64,000 nucleotides of DNA from Alphaproteobacteria bacterium (GCA_965205265.1 CBDBGH010000003.1:1856001-1920000); one strand, 5' to 3'. Positions 30,910 to 41,210 are shown, counted from the first letter of the stretch. Translations and numbers: made by a program. Notes: generated by a model from the letters alone, not told the origin.

Positions 30910-31214
30910 CGGTCGAGGACCGACTCGAACCCTTCGAATTGCGGGTGGCCGAGATAGAGGTCGCGCCGGCCGCCGGCGCCCGCATGCGCCTTCCGGAACG
31001 CTTCCGAGCGCGTCCAGTCAGCGAAGGCGTCCCGGTCGCGCCAGACCGAGTGGGAGGCGTAGAGCGTGTGGTCTTCCTCCTCCGGCCCCCTGAGGAGGCG
31101 GAATTCGACAAATCCCGGCACCCCGTCGAGATGGGAGTTGCGCTCCGACCAGAGCTGCTCGAAATCCGCCTCGCGCCCGCGCACGATGCGAAAGCGGTTC
31201 ATTGCAATGAACAT
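30906..31214 (-). CDS. Antibiotic biosynthesis monooxygenase (IsdG/HmuQ-like)
   Basis: MFIAMNRF, WTRSEAFRKAH, HPQFEGF. Confidence 0.88.
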   Translation of the reverse strand: MFIAMNRFRIVRGREADFEQLWSERNSHLDGVPGFVEFRLLRGPEEEDHTLYASHSVWRDRDAFADWTRSEAFRKAHAGAGGRRDLYLGHPQFEGFESVLDR

Positions 31215-31347
31215 CGCCTGCCCGTCCTTCCCCGCCGCCATCGGCTTCGGGGCAAGAATACCCGGCCGCACCGGCAGGGGAAGCCGCGTTGCGGGCCTGT
31301 CGGCAGCTGCCTATGATGCGCAGCTTCCCGCTCAACGGCCCGTTCCC

Positions 31348-33207
31348 ATGCTGACCTCGCTCCGAAAAGGCGCCGCTTCCTGGCTCGCCAAAATCCTTTT
31401 TGCCCTGCTCATCCTGAGCTTCGCCGCGTGGGGCGTCGGGGACTATCTTTCGCCGGAAGTGGACGACGCGGTGGCCCAGGTCGGCGAGTCCGAGATCGGC
31501 GCCGAGGAGTTCAGGCGCGAATACTCCCGCCAGTTCAATGAATGGCGCCGGCGCCTCGGCGGCAATATGACCCCGGAAATCGCCGCGCAGATCGGCCTGC
31601 CCCAGGAGGTGCTCCGGGCGGCGGTCCGCCGCCGGCTGGTGGAGCTCGAGGCGGGCCGGCTGGGCCTTGCAGTCGGAGACGGCCAGGTCCGCCGCGCCAT
31701 CGAGGAGGACCCGAATTTCGGCGGCCGCCTCGGCGGCTTCGACCGCGCGCTGTTCGAGCGGGTCCTGCTCACCAACGGGCTGACCGAGGGCGAGTTCGTC
31801 GCCATGCTCCGCCGCGATATAACGAGGCGCCAGGTTGACCGGTCGGTCGAGCGCAATGTCCGCGCCTCGCGGAGCATGGCCGAAGCGGTGCACCGCTACC
31901 GGAACGAGACCCGCAAGGCCGTGCTGATCCGGGTGCCGGAGGCCGCGGCCTTTCCGGAAGACCCGGGCGAGGCGGAATTGCGCGCCTGGCACGAAGCCAA
32001 CCGGGACGACTTCATGGCGCCCGCATATCGGGCCGTGACGGCGATCGTGCTCGACCCGGACCGATGGTTGGACCGGGTGGACGCCGATCCCGCCCTGGCG
32101 CGGGAGGCCTATGAGGCGCGCATGGCGGATTTCACCGTGCCGGCGACCCGGCGCGTCCGGCAGGTGCTCTTCGACGACGGGTCGAAGGCGCAGGAGTTCA
32201 TGACGGCGCTGGCCGCCGGCGCGGAACTGGAACGGGCGGCCGGGACCGTCGGCGCCCCGGTCAGCGATCTCGGCCCCGTCTCCCGCAGCCAGCTGCCCCA
32301 GCCCGCCCTGGCCGAGGCGGTGTTCTCCCTCGGGGAAGCGGGCGTCACCGGCCCGGTGGAGACGCCGCTCGGCTGGCATGTGCTGGCCGTGGACCAGATC
32401 GCGGAGGAAAGCACGATCCCGTTCGAGGACGTGAAGGAAGGCCTGGAACGGGAGGTTGCGCGCGAGATCGCCATAGAACGGCTGGCGGACCTGGCGAACG
32501 ACCTGGACGACCAGCTGGGCGGCGGCGCCACATTCGAAGACGCGGCGCGGGCGCTCGACCTGACGATGTTGACGATCGCGGCCGTGGATGCGTCCGGCCG
32601 CGACCGCGCGGGCGAACAGCCGGAGGGCCTGCCGGCGGAGCCGAACTTCCTGCAGACGGCCTTCTCCACGCCCGTGGGCGAGGACAGCCTGCTGGGCGAA
32701 CTGGGCGACGGCGGCCATTTCGTGCTGCGGGTGGAAAGCGAGACGCCGCCGGCTGTGCGCCCGTTCGAGGAAGCGAAGCCGCTGGTGCTGTCGGCCTGGC
32801 GCAAGGCGCGGCTGGACGAAGCGGCGAAGGCGAAGGCGGAGGCGCTGGCGGACAGGCTGCGCGAGGGCCGCACGCCCGCATCGGTCGCGGGCGGGCTCGC
32901 GGTGACCGAAACCGGGCCGTTCGCGCGCTTGGAGGCCGAGCCGGAGTCCGGCCGGTCCCAAGAGGTCGTCGACGCGGTGTTCGCGGCGGAGCGCGGCGAG
33001 GTCGTCGTGGCGCGCGCCGGCGACGGCTATGCGGTCGCGGTGGTCGAGGGCATCGAGCCGCCGCCCTATTCCGAGCCGGAGATCGAGGCGATAAGGGAGC
33101 AGCTTTCGGCCGAAATGGTCGAGGATGTCCGGCGGCAATTCCATGCCGCGCTGGAGGACCGGTTCGGGGTCGCGGTCAACCGCGACCTGCTCGCCCAGTT
33201 CAACTGA
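31348..33207 (+). CDS. ppiD: Periplasmic chaperone/PPIase PpiD
   Basis: N-terminal TM LLILSFAAWGV, SurA-N and parvulin-like GPVETPLGWHV; synteny with trpE. Confidence 0.88.
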   Translation: MLTSLRKGAASWLAKILFALLILSFAAWGVGDYLSPEVDDAVAQVGESEIGAEEFRREYSRQFNEWRRRLGGNMTPEIAAQIGLPQEVLRAAVRRRLVELEAGRLGLAVGDGQVRRAIEEDPNFGGRLGGFDRALFERVLLTNGLTEGEFVAMLRRDITRRQVDRSVERNVRASRSMAEAVHRYRNETRKAVLIRVPEAAAFPEDPGEAELRAWHEANRDDFMAPAYRAVTAIVLDPDRWLDRVDADPALAREAYEARMADFTVPATRRVRQVLFDDGSKAQEFMTALAAGAELERAAGTVGAPVSDLGPVSRSQLPQPALAEAVFSLGEAGVTGPVETPLGWHVLAVDQIAEESTIPFEDVKEGLEREVAREIAIERLADLANDLDDQLGGGATFEDAARALDLTMLTIAAVDASGRDRAGEQPEGLPAEPNFLQTAFSTPVGEDSLLGELGDGGHFVLRVESETPPAVRPFEEAKPLVLSAWRKARLDEAAKAKAEALADRLREGRTPASVAGGLAVTETGPFARLEAEPESGRSQEVVDAVFAAERGEVVVARAGDGYAVAVVEGIEPPPYSEPEIEAIREQLSAEMVEDVRRQFHAALEDRFGVAVNRDLLAQFN

Positions 33208-33231
33208 GCGGAAGACCGGACAGCGCCAGCC

Positions 33232-34785
33232 ATGCTCGAACCTGCCGACTTTCCCTCCTTCGAGGCCCGCTACCGGTCCGGCCGCGCGCAACTGGTCTGG
33301 ACCGCCCTGGTCGCGGACCTCGAAACGCCGGTCTCGGCGATGCTCAAGCTGTCGGCCGGGCGGGCCAATTGTTTCCTGCTCGAATCGGTCGAGGGCGGCG
33401 CCACCCGCGGGCGCTACTCGTTCATCGGCCGGGACCCGGACATCGTCTGGCGCTGCCGGGGCGACAAGGCCGAAATCAACCGCGATGCGCTCGCCGACCC
33501 GGACCGGTTCGAGCCCTGCGGCAAGGGCGCCCTCGAGTCCCTGCGCGACCTGGTCGAGGAGTGCCGCATCGACGACCTGCCGGAAGACCTGCCGCCGATG
33601 GCGGCTGCGCTCGTCGGCTATATGGGATACGACATGGTGCGCCTCATGGAGCGCCTGCCGGACGAGCCGCCCGATCCCGTGGGCATTCCGGACGGGCTGT
33701 TCCTCCGCCCGACCGTCATGGCGGTGTTCGACCTGATCGAGGACCGCATTTCGCTGGTGACGCCGGTCTGGCCCCGGAACGGCACGACGGCCGAGACGGC
33801 ATGGCTGCGCGCCGAGGAACGTCTGGCGGCGGCCCTGGCCGACCTGGAAGGAGCGGCGATAGACCGGCGCGAGAGCGCGCCGCCCGCGCTCCCCGATGCG
33901 ACGCCGCGCTCCAACATGACGCGGGAACGGTTCCACGAGGTCGTGGAGATCGCGCGGGACTACGTCCATGCGGGCGACGCCTTCCAGATCGTGCCGGCGC
34001 AGCGCTTCTCCATGGACTTCACGCTCCCGCCTTTCGCGCTTTACCGCGCGCTCAGGCGGCTCAACCCCTCGCCCTTCCTGTTCCATCTCGATTTCGGCGC
34101 CTTCTCCATCGTCGGCTCCAGCCCGGAAATCCTGGTGCGGGTGCGCGACGGGCGCATCACCATCCGGCCGCTCGCCGGGACCCGGCCCCGCGGCCGCGAC
34201 GCCGCCGAAGACCGCCGGCTCGCGGCCGAATTGCTGGACGACCCGAAGGAGGTCGCCGAGCACCTGATGCTGCTGGACCTCGCCCGCAACGATGTCGGGC
34301 GGGTGAGCCGCATCGGCAGCGTCGAGGTCACCGAGCAGTTCGAGATCGAATACTACTCGCACGTCATGCATATCGGCTCCGAGGTGCAGGGCGACCTGGA
34401 CCCGCGCTACGACGCCATCGGCGCGCTGGTCGCGGGCTTCCCGGCGGGCACCGTCTCCGGCGCGCCGAAAGTCCGCGCCATGGAGATCATCGACGAGCTT
34501 GAGCCGGAGAAGCGCGGCATCTATGCCGGCTGCATCGGCTATTTCGCCGCCGACGGCTCCATGGACACCTGCATCGCGCTGCGCACGGCGCTGGTGAAGG
34601 ACGATGTGCTCTATGTGCAGGCGGGCGTGGGCGTCGTCGCCGACAGCGACCCGGAGACGGAGTACAAGGAAAGCTGGGACAAGGCCCGGGCGCTGATGCG
34701 CGCGGCGGAGGAGGCGGTGCGCTTCGCGGCCCATGCGCGGCCCCCGGGAGCCAATCTTCCCGATTCGGCGTTGAACCCGGGCTAG
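33232..34785 (+). CDS. trpE: Anthranilate synthase component I
   Basis: DLETPVS, FLLESVEGG, GSSPE, EHLMLLDLARND, GTVSGAPK. Confidence 0.96.
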   Translation: MLEPADFPSFEARYRSGRAQLVWTALVADLETPVSAMLKLSAGRANCFLLESVEGGATRGRYSFIGRDPDIVWRCRGDKAEINRDALADPDRFEPCGKGALESLRDLVEECRIDDLPEDLPPMAAALVGYMGYDMVRLMERLPDEPPDPVGIPDGLFLRPTVMAVFDLIEDRISLVTPVWPRNGTTAETAWLRAEERLAAALADLEGAAIDRRESAPPALPDATPRSNMTRERFHEVVEIARDYVHAGDAFQIVPAQRFSMDFTLPPFALYRALRRLNPSPFLFHLDFGAFSIVGSSPEILVRVRDGRITIRPLAGTRPRGRDAAEDRRLAAELLDDPKEVAEHLMLLDLARNDVGRVSRIGSVEVTEQFEIEYYSHVMHIGSEVQGDLDPRYDAIGALVAGFPAGTVSGAPKVRAMEIIDELEPEKRGIYAGCIGYFAADGSMDTCIALRTALVKDDVLYVQAGVGVVADSDPETEYKESWDKARALMRAAEEAVRFAAHARPPGANLPDSALNPG

Positions 34786-34833
34786 AATCGGGAGTAACCG
34801 GAAGCGCAACCGTTTCGACCCGAACTGAGGCGC

Positions 34834-36792
34834 ATGGCCAACCTCTTCCAGCAAGCCGCAGTCGAAAGCGACTACACCGCCGAACATGTGGAGGTGCTCG
34901 AGGGCCTCGAGCCCGTCCGGCGGCGGCCCGGCATGTATATCGGCTCGACCGACGAAACCGGGCTCCACCACCTCGCGGCCGAGCTGCTCGACAACGCCAT
35001 GGACGAGGCGATCGCCGGCCATGCGGACCGCATCGAGTTCTCCCTGGACGGCGAGGGCTGGGTCGAGGTCCGCGACAACGGGCGCGGCATCCCGGTGGAC
35101 CCCCACCCCAAGTTCAAGGGCCGCTCGGCGCTGGAAGTCATCCTGACGACGCTGCACTCCGGCGCCAAGTTCGACGACCGGGCCTACCGGGCGGCGGGCG
35201 GCCTGCACGGCGTCGGCGTGTCGGTCGTCAACGCGCTTGCCGCCGAGCTGGTGGTGGAGGTGGCGCGGGACCGCATATTGTGGCGGCAGAGCTATGCCAG
35301 GGGCGAGCCGGTCTCCAGGCTGGAGAAGGTGGGGATTTCCCGCAACCGGCGCGGCACGACGGTGCGCTTCCGGCCCGACCCGGAGATTTTCGGTAAGGCC
35401 GCCCGGTTCCGGCCCGAGCGGCTGTTCCGCATGGCGCGCTCCAAGGCCTGCCTGTTCGGCGGCGTGCGCATCGTCTGGCGCTGCGACGCCGGCCGCCTGC
35501 CGGCGGATTCCGAGGTGCCGGCGGAGGCCGAGCTGCATTTCCCGGGCGGGCTCGCGGACTTCCTCGACCTCTCGACCGGGGAGCGGCGGCGCATTGCCGA
35601 CAGGGCCTTCACGGGTGCGGTGGAATTCCCGGGAGACGCCGGCAGGGTCGAATGGGCGATTGCCTGGCTCGCCGACAATGAAGGCTTTTCGCACACCTAC
35701 TGCAACACCATCCCGACGCCGCTCGGCGGCAGCCACGAAGCGGGCCTGCGCCAGGCGTTGATGCGGGGCCTGCGCGCCCACGGGGAGCGCACCGGCAACC
35801 GCAAGGCCGTCAAGGTCAATGCGGACGATGCGATGGGCGGTGCGGGCGTCATGCTGTCCGTCTTCATCCGCAACCCGCAATTCCAGGGCCAGACCAAGGA
35901 AAAGCTGGAAAGCCCCGAGACGCAGCGCCTGGTCGAGCTCACGATCAAGGACCGCTTCGACCACTGGCTCGCCGCCGACACGGGAGCCGCCGATGCCATC
36001 GCCGCCTTCGCCGTCGAGCGCGCGGAGGACCGCCAGCGCCGGCGCGAGGAGCGCGACCGCAAGCGCAAGGCGAACGGCAACGGGCGGGTGCGCCTGCCCG
36101 GCAAGCTCACCGACTGCTCCCGGCGCGAGCGCGACGGCACGGAGATCTTCCTGGTCGAGGGCGATTCCGCCGGCGGCTCCGCGAAGCAGGCCCGGCAGCG
36201 GGAGACGCAGGCGATCCTGCCCCTGCGCGGCAAGATCCTGAATGTGGCGAGCGCCACGGACGACAAGCTGCGCGGCAACCGGGAGATCGCGGACCTGAAG
36301 CTCGCGCTCGGATGCGGCGCCGGCGAGGACTACCGCGACGAAGACCTGCGCTACGACCGCGTCATCATCATGACGGATGCGGATGTGGACGGCGCGCATA
36401 TCGCGTCCCTGCTGATGACCTATTTCCTGCGCGAGATGCCGGCGCTGATCGGGAACGGCCGCCTCTATCTGGCGCGCCCGCCGCTCTACCGGCTGAGCGC
36501 CGGCGGCGTGACGGCCTATGCCCGCGACGACGCCCACCGGATCGAGCTGCTGGACTCGGTCTTCAAGGGCAAGCGCAAGGTCGAGGTGTCGCGCTTCAAG
36601 GGCCTCGGCGAAATGCCGCCCGGCCAGCTGCGCGAGACCACCATGGACCCCGACCGCCGCAGCCTGCTGCAGGTGGAGTTCGAGCCCGGGGAGTCGCTGG
36701 AGACCGTGGAGCGCCTGATGGGCCGCAACCCCCGCCACCGCCTCGCCTTCATCCAGGAAAACGCCGAGTTCGCGGGCGAGCTGGACGTCTGA
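34834..36792 (+). CDS. parE: DNA topoisomerase IV subunit B
   Basis: LEPVRRRPGMYIG, GGLHGVG, VEGDSAGGSAKQAR, DADVDGAHI, RFKGLGEM; no GyrB insertion. Confidence 0.95.
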   Translation: MANLFQQAAVESDYTAEHVEVLEGLEPVRRRPGMYIGSTDETGLHHLAAELLDNAMDEAIAGHADRIEFSLDGEGWVEVRDNGRGIPVDPHPKFKGRSALEVILTTLHSGAKFDDRAYRAAGGLHGVGVSVVNALAAELVVEVARDRILWRQSYARGEPVSRLEKVGISRNRRGTTVRFRPDPEIFGKAARFRPERLFRMARSKACLFGGVRIVWRCDAGRLPADSEVPAEAELHFPGGLADFLDLSTGERRRIADRAFTGAVEFPGDAGRVEWAIAWLADNEGFSHTYCNTIPTPLGGSHEAGLRQALMRGLRAHGERTGNRKAVKVNADDAMGGAGVMLSVFIRNPQFQGQTKEKLESPETQRLVELTIKDRFDHWLAADTGAADAIAAFAVERAEDRQRRREERDRKRKANGNGRVRLPGKLTDCSRRERDGTEIFLVEGDSAGGSAKQARQRETQAILPLRGKILNVASATDDKLRGNREIADLKLALGCGAGEDYRDEDLRYDRVIIMTDADVDGAHIASLLMTYFLREMPALIGNGRLYLARPPLYRLSAGGVTAYARDDAHRIELLDSVFKGKRKVEVSRFKGLGEMPPGQLRETTMDPDRRSLLQVEFEPGESLETVERLMGRNPRHRLAFIQENAEFAGELDV

Positions 36793-36835
36793 GCGGCTTT
36801 CGGTCTTCGCGCGCCTCCACCGCCGAAGAAGAAAT

Positions 36836-37891
36836 TAGAGCAGATTCGTTTCATTTGGGTTCATATCCGCATGCAGTGAAGAAGCTTCGGGCGTCCTGTG
36901 GAGTGACAGCATCGATGGCGTCGCGGATCGCATCCCAGAGCGTATGGACGGAGCGTGCTGCGGCCTTTTTCAGGAGAGCCTTGATTTTGGAGAAGGCCAT
37001 CTCGATGGGGTTGAAGTCGGGGCTGTAGGGCGGCAGGAACAGGATGCCGGCGCCTGTGGCCTCGATAGCTTCTCGGATGGCGATGGGCTTGTGGGCCGGC
37101 AGATTGTCGAGGATGACGGTGTCGCCTGGCCTCAGGGTCGGGGCCAGGACCTGTTCGACATAGGCAAGGAAGGCTGCCCCGGTCATCGCCCCATCGATGG
37201 TCATGGGGGCGAGGATGCCGTCGAGCGTGAGGCCGGCGACCAAAGTGGTGGTCTTCCAGTGACCATGGGGGACGGGAGCGCGGCAACGCTCGCCCCTGGG
37301 AGCCCGGCCATACATGCGGGCCATCTTGGTCGAGGTCCCGCTTTCGTCGATGAAGATCAGGCGCTCGGGGTCGAGCCCGGGCTGGTCTTCGAACCAGGCC
37401 TGACGCCGGCGTGCGACGTCCGGTCGGTCCTGCTCGGCAGCATGGGCCGTCTTTTTTTGCGCGTGATGCCGCGACGCTTGAAGAACCCATGCACCACGCT
37501 GGGCGGCGGCCGGTAGCCGACCGCCTCCTCAAGCCTGGCCGCGATCTCCTGGAGGGTCAGGTCGGGCTCCACCTCAACCCACCCCATGATCAGATCGCCG
37601 TGACCCTCAATGCGCCCTGGACGGCTACCGCCGCGTGGCTTCGGCGAGAGGTCGCCTGTCAGGCGCGATTGGCTCACCCAGCGGATCGCAGACGACACCC
37701 CGACGCCAAAACGCGCCGCAGCCTGCCGACGCGACATCCCGGACTCAACCGCTGCAACCACGCGCCGACGAAGATCAACAGAAAGAGACTGCGCCATGCG
37801 AGCTGGCCTCCTTCACCAGCCCCCATCGTGAATCACATAATCCGCCAATTGGGAATCCCTCAACGATTCAATCGCCCGCGAATTCGCTCTA
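36836..37891 (-). mobile_element. IS630-family insertion sequence
   Basis: Ends TA-gagcagattcg and cgaattcgctc-TA (imperfect IR, TA duplication); two-ORF transposase. Confidence 0.92.
36851..37797 (-). CDS. IS630 transposase (orfA 37357-37797 + orfB joined by -1 frameshift at A AAA AAG, 37451-37458)
   Basis: orf[13 protein letters not shown]; orf[27 protein letters not shown]. Confidence 0.9.
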
Positions 37892-37941
37892 GGTCGCCAG
37901 CCGAAAAATTGCTTGCGCCGGATGTTTCTGTGGATATTTTG

Positions 37942-37956
37942 GAACAAATAAGGAAT
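37942..37956 (+). promoter_or_regulatory. Putative alphaproteobacterial LexA (SOS) box
   Basis: GAAC-aaataag-GAAT, one mismatch to GAAC-N7-GAAC, 28 bp upstream of the DUF5131 start and just after an AT-rich -10-like segment. Confidence 0.5.
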
Positions 37957-37983
37957 CGGCGGCGCAATCCGCAAGGGGGCGGC

Positions 37984-38751
37984 ATGGCTGACAACTCGGC
38001 GATCGAGTGGACGGACGCGACATGGAACCCGGTGACGGGTTGCACGAAGATCACGCGCGGCTGCGACAATTGCTATGCGGCGCGATTCGCCGAGCGCTGG
38101 CGCGGCGTTCCCGGCCACCCTTACGAGCAGGGCTTCGACTTGAGGGAATGGCCGGAGCGGCTGGACCAGCCGGCGCGCTGGAAGCGGCGGCGCATGATCT
38201 TCGTCAACTCCATGAGCGACCTCTTCCACAAGAAGGTGCCAAAAGAGTTCATCGACGAGGTTTTCGACCGCATGGAAAAGGTGGATCGCCACACCTACCA
38301 GGTGCTGACAAAGCGCAGCTCGCTCATGCGCAACTACCTCAAGCGCCGCTACGCGAACGGCGCGGGGCCCGGCCATATCTGGTGCGGCGTGTCGGTGGAG
38401 GACAGCACGGCCACAGCCAGAATCCGACACTTGCAGGCCGCGCCGGCAAAGGTTCGTTTCCTCTCCATAGAGCCGCTGATCGGCCCAGTCGGGGAGATTG
38501 ATCTCACGGGCATATCCTGGGTTATCGTCGGCGGCGAGAGCGGCCCCAACGCGCGCACGATGCAACTGGAATGGGTCCGCGAAATACGAGACCGGTGCTT
38601 GCAGGCGCAAGTGCCGTTCTTCTTCAAGCAATGGGGTGGAAAGACACCCAAGGCCGGCGGGCGGACGCTGGATTACAGGGAATGGAACGAAGTGCCCCGG
38701 ATTGGTGCGCCAGACCCCGCAGTCGATACGATGCATAGGGCAGCCGCTTGA
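37984..38751 (+). CDS. Phage Gp37/Gp68 family (DUF5131) protein
   Basis: SAIEWTDATWNPVTGCTKITRGCDNCYA, FVNSMSDLFH, SIEPL, WVIVGGESG, FFFKQWGG. Confidence 0.93.
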   Translation: MADNSAIEWTDATWNPVTGCTKITRGCDNCYAARFAERWRGVPGHPYEQGFDLREWPERLDQPARWKRRRMIFVNSMSDLFHKKVPKEFIDEVFDRMEKVDRHTYQVLTKRSSLMRNYLKRRYANGAGPGHIWCGVSVEDSTATARIRHLQAAPAKVRFLSIEPLIGPVGEIDLTGISWVIVGGESGPNARTMQLEWVREIRDRCLQAQVPFFFKQWGGKTPKAGGRTLDYREWNEVPRIGAPDPAVDTMHRAAA

Positions 38752-39896
38752 TGCAGCCTCAGATCGAACACTATCGAGGGCGAGAGCAATCTTATATAAA
38801 GCATATTTTCCTCAACAGATATCTGGAAGCCGCCGCCTTCAAACTCCTCCAGCCAAGGCGGGGCACACCGGTTTTCAATTTCGTGGATGCATTTGCCGGC
38901 CCTTGGCGCGTGTCGGATAGCGATGACTTCTCGGATGCTTCCTTCTCGCAAGCACTGGCAACGCTGGAGACAGTTCGACAGCAGTTGGCGAAGACGGGGC
39001 GCGCTGGCCTTCAAGTGCGGTATCGGTTCTGCGAATGAAATCTGGCCTCTGCCGTCGAGCTCCGGAAATTCGCGGCGGCAAGGCAGGAGTTCGATATTCA
39101 GGTCTTCCAAGGGTCGTTCGAGGACAATATAGAGGGAATAGCTGCCGCTTGCCGCAACGGTTTCACTTTCACATTCATCGACCCCACAGGCTGGAATATA
39201 GATTCTGACAAGGTCTTTTCCTTTCTGAAACACCTTAACGGTGAGTTTCTTTTCAACTTCATGGCCGAGGACATCAATCGACATGCCGGCTGGGAAGGGG
39301 TATCAGATTCGGTCGGTCGTTTTCTGGCTAATCCGGCTTGGGAACATGAGTTTCGTAACCTGCCCGAAGATTGGTCCAACGAAAGAAAAGTTCTCCACTT
39401 ACTGAAATTGAATATGAAGGAAGCCGGCATTGCAACTTATCTGCCAGAGGTAGCCATATTGAGGCCCAGAGACGATCGAGTGAAGATGCGTCTCCTACTT
39501 GGTACCCACCACATTCAAGGTGTGGAAGTGTTTCGCACCGTGCAGAAGAATGTGGAGGCTGAGGCTATTTCAGTCCGACACAATATTGGGATCGAGCGAA
39601 GCGGACAACCATATCTTTTCCCGAGCAACCAGCTTGCCGAAATCGAAGCGAAGCGCGAAGGGGTCAGTTGTCCGGCAAGTCTCGAACGCGCAACCGAAAT
39701 GGTGCGGCATATTGTAGATGAAACGCCCGGCATCGAATTCGGAAATCTGACAGGTTCGGTGATGGAGTCAGTGCCGGTTCGGACTACTGACCTGAACAAG
39801 ATTGCAGTCGCCCTTCGCAAAACCGGACAACTTAGGTTCGATTTGCCTCTTCGTAAGCGAACGCCACTTCCTACAACACGGGTATTCACCGCTTAG
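38748..39896 (+). pseudogene. tcmP: Three-Cys-motif partner protein TcmP with one in-frame TGA at 39036-39038
   Basis: KH..L.RYL, FVDAFAGP, FCE*N, FTFIDPTGW, EFLFNFM all in one frame; overlaps DUF5131 stop. Confidence 0.8.
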
Positions 39897-39932
39897 CGTT
39901 TCTGCCTTCGCCTTCCACCTTTCTCCGCATGC

Positions 39933-40130
39933 TTACTTCGAACAGGCGCGCATTTTCTCATACAGCAGGAACAGAAAATCGACCCGTGCTCGCTCGGAGG
40001 CAAAGGGGGTTTGGCGGTATAGGCGGTCCACGGCGCGATCGAGTTTGCGGTGGGCGCGGCGGACGTTGGGCGGCATGAGGCCGGGGTCGTCGAGGCCCGC
40101 CAGGGTCGCTTGCCCGTAGGCGGCGCGGGG
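39933..40130 (-). pseudogene. C-terminal remnant of an MmeI-like (Type IIL/IIG) restriction-modification enzyme
   Basis: Manual translation ATLAGLDDPGLMPPNVRRAHRKLDRAVDRLYRQTPFASERARVDFLFLLYEKM resembles the MmeI-family tail. Confidence 0.7.
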
Positions 40131-40355
40131 TCAGTCGAGGTTTTTCAGCCGGTCGGCGATCCAGAGCTTGATGAGCGACTGCCGGGGGACGCCGTGCAGT
40201 CTCGCCTGCCGGTCGAGAGCGGCGACCACCCAGGCCGGGAAGTCCACATTGACCCGCCTGGTCCCCAGATTGACGCGCTCGGCGCCGGACCAGTCCACAT
40301 GCGCGCTCACGTCCTCCCCGTCGTCGAATGCACGGTCGAACTCATGCGCTTTCAT
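40131..40355 (-). CDS. BrnA-like (CopG/RHH) antitoxin
   Basis: EFDRAFDDGED, RRVNVDFP, RQSLIKLWI. Confidence 0.85.
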   Translation of the reverse strand: MKAHEFDRAFDDGEDVSAHVDWSGAERVNLGTRRVNVDFPAWVVAALDRQARLHGVPRQSLIKLWIADRLKNLD

Positions 40356-40611
40356 AGCGTTCCACCTCCTCCTTGCGGGCCCGGCGAACCGAGATAAGCC
40401 GTATGCGGTCGCCGCGGCGCGTGCAGATTGCCGACCAATGCCGTCCTCCGATCCTTCCGATGGCTATAAAGCGCGGTTCGTCGACCGTCCGCGCCGGCGC
40501 TTCGAGCAGCCAGGGATCGTCCCACAACGCCTGCGCATCTTCGAAGCCGATGCCGTGTTTCGCCTTGTTCCCCGCGCTCTTGTCCGGGTCGAATTCGAAA
40601 TCCATGTACAT
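40342..40611 (-). CDS. BrnT family toxin
   Basis: FEFDPDKSAGNKAKHGIGF, RLISVRRARKEE. Confidence 0.9.
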   Translation of the reverse strand: MYMDFEFDPDKSAGNKAKHGIGFEDAQALWDDPWLLEAPARTVDEPRFIAIGRIGGRHWSAICTRRGDRIRLISVRRARKEEVERYESA

Positions 40612-40836
40612 AATTTATATCAAAAATATTCAGATTCAATGCATTATTGGCCCTGCCGGGAACGCCGCCTCCCCTTCCCCCGCATTCCCGCCTCCAGCGG
40701 CGCGCGCCGGTCGCCCATTGCGCGAACGTCCAACCGGACCGTGCGGCCGCCTCTCGGAGAAGCCGGTGAGTTTCCCTGCCTTGGCGCCATTTGGAAACAG
40801 TGTCATGTTCTATTTTCCTGAAATAATTCTGGAATA

Positions 40837-40867
40837 TTGCTTGCATTATCAAAAATTGTGTTACAAT
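40837..40867 (+). promoter_or_regulatory. Sigma70-like promoter with extended -10 and no downstream CDS
   Basis: TTGCAT (40841) ... TG-T-TACAAT (40859-40867) in an AT-rich patch. Confidence 0.5.
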
Positions 40868-41210
40868 GGGCGGCAGGAGGAAGGGAGCGGCGCTCGCGGG
40901 GCCGCTTCGTTCCGCCGTTCGCGCCGACGCGAAAAAAGCCCCCGATTCGGCCAACGGGTGAAGTGCGCCCTGCGTCCGGCCCGCGCGCGCGGGCGCACCC
41001 GGGCAATCAGGCGCGCGATTCGCGCCGCCGCGAAACGTGCGCCCACGGGCGCGGGCACCCACGCAGGATACGCGCGAATCAGGGTCCCGACGCTTCGGGT
41101 AGCCGGGCGGCGGAAGGAGAATTGGAACGGAATGGAACGAAACGCGATGGAGGAACGACATGCAGGATGCGGAGGGACGGGGCTTCGGCGAAACGGTCCC
41201 GATGCTCACA

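Noticed and set aside
31018-36738. 1906-aa minus-strand ORF
   Set aside because: Antisense shadow of ppiD-trpE-parE; high-GC codon bias suppresses stops in this frame and the product has no recognisable motifs
37984-38751. Prophage
   Set aside because: The Gp37/Gp68 family name is historical; no structural, terminase or integrase genes are nearby
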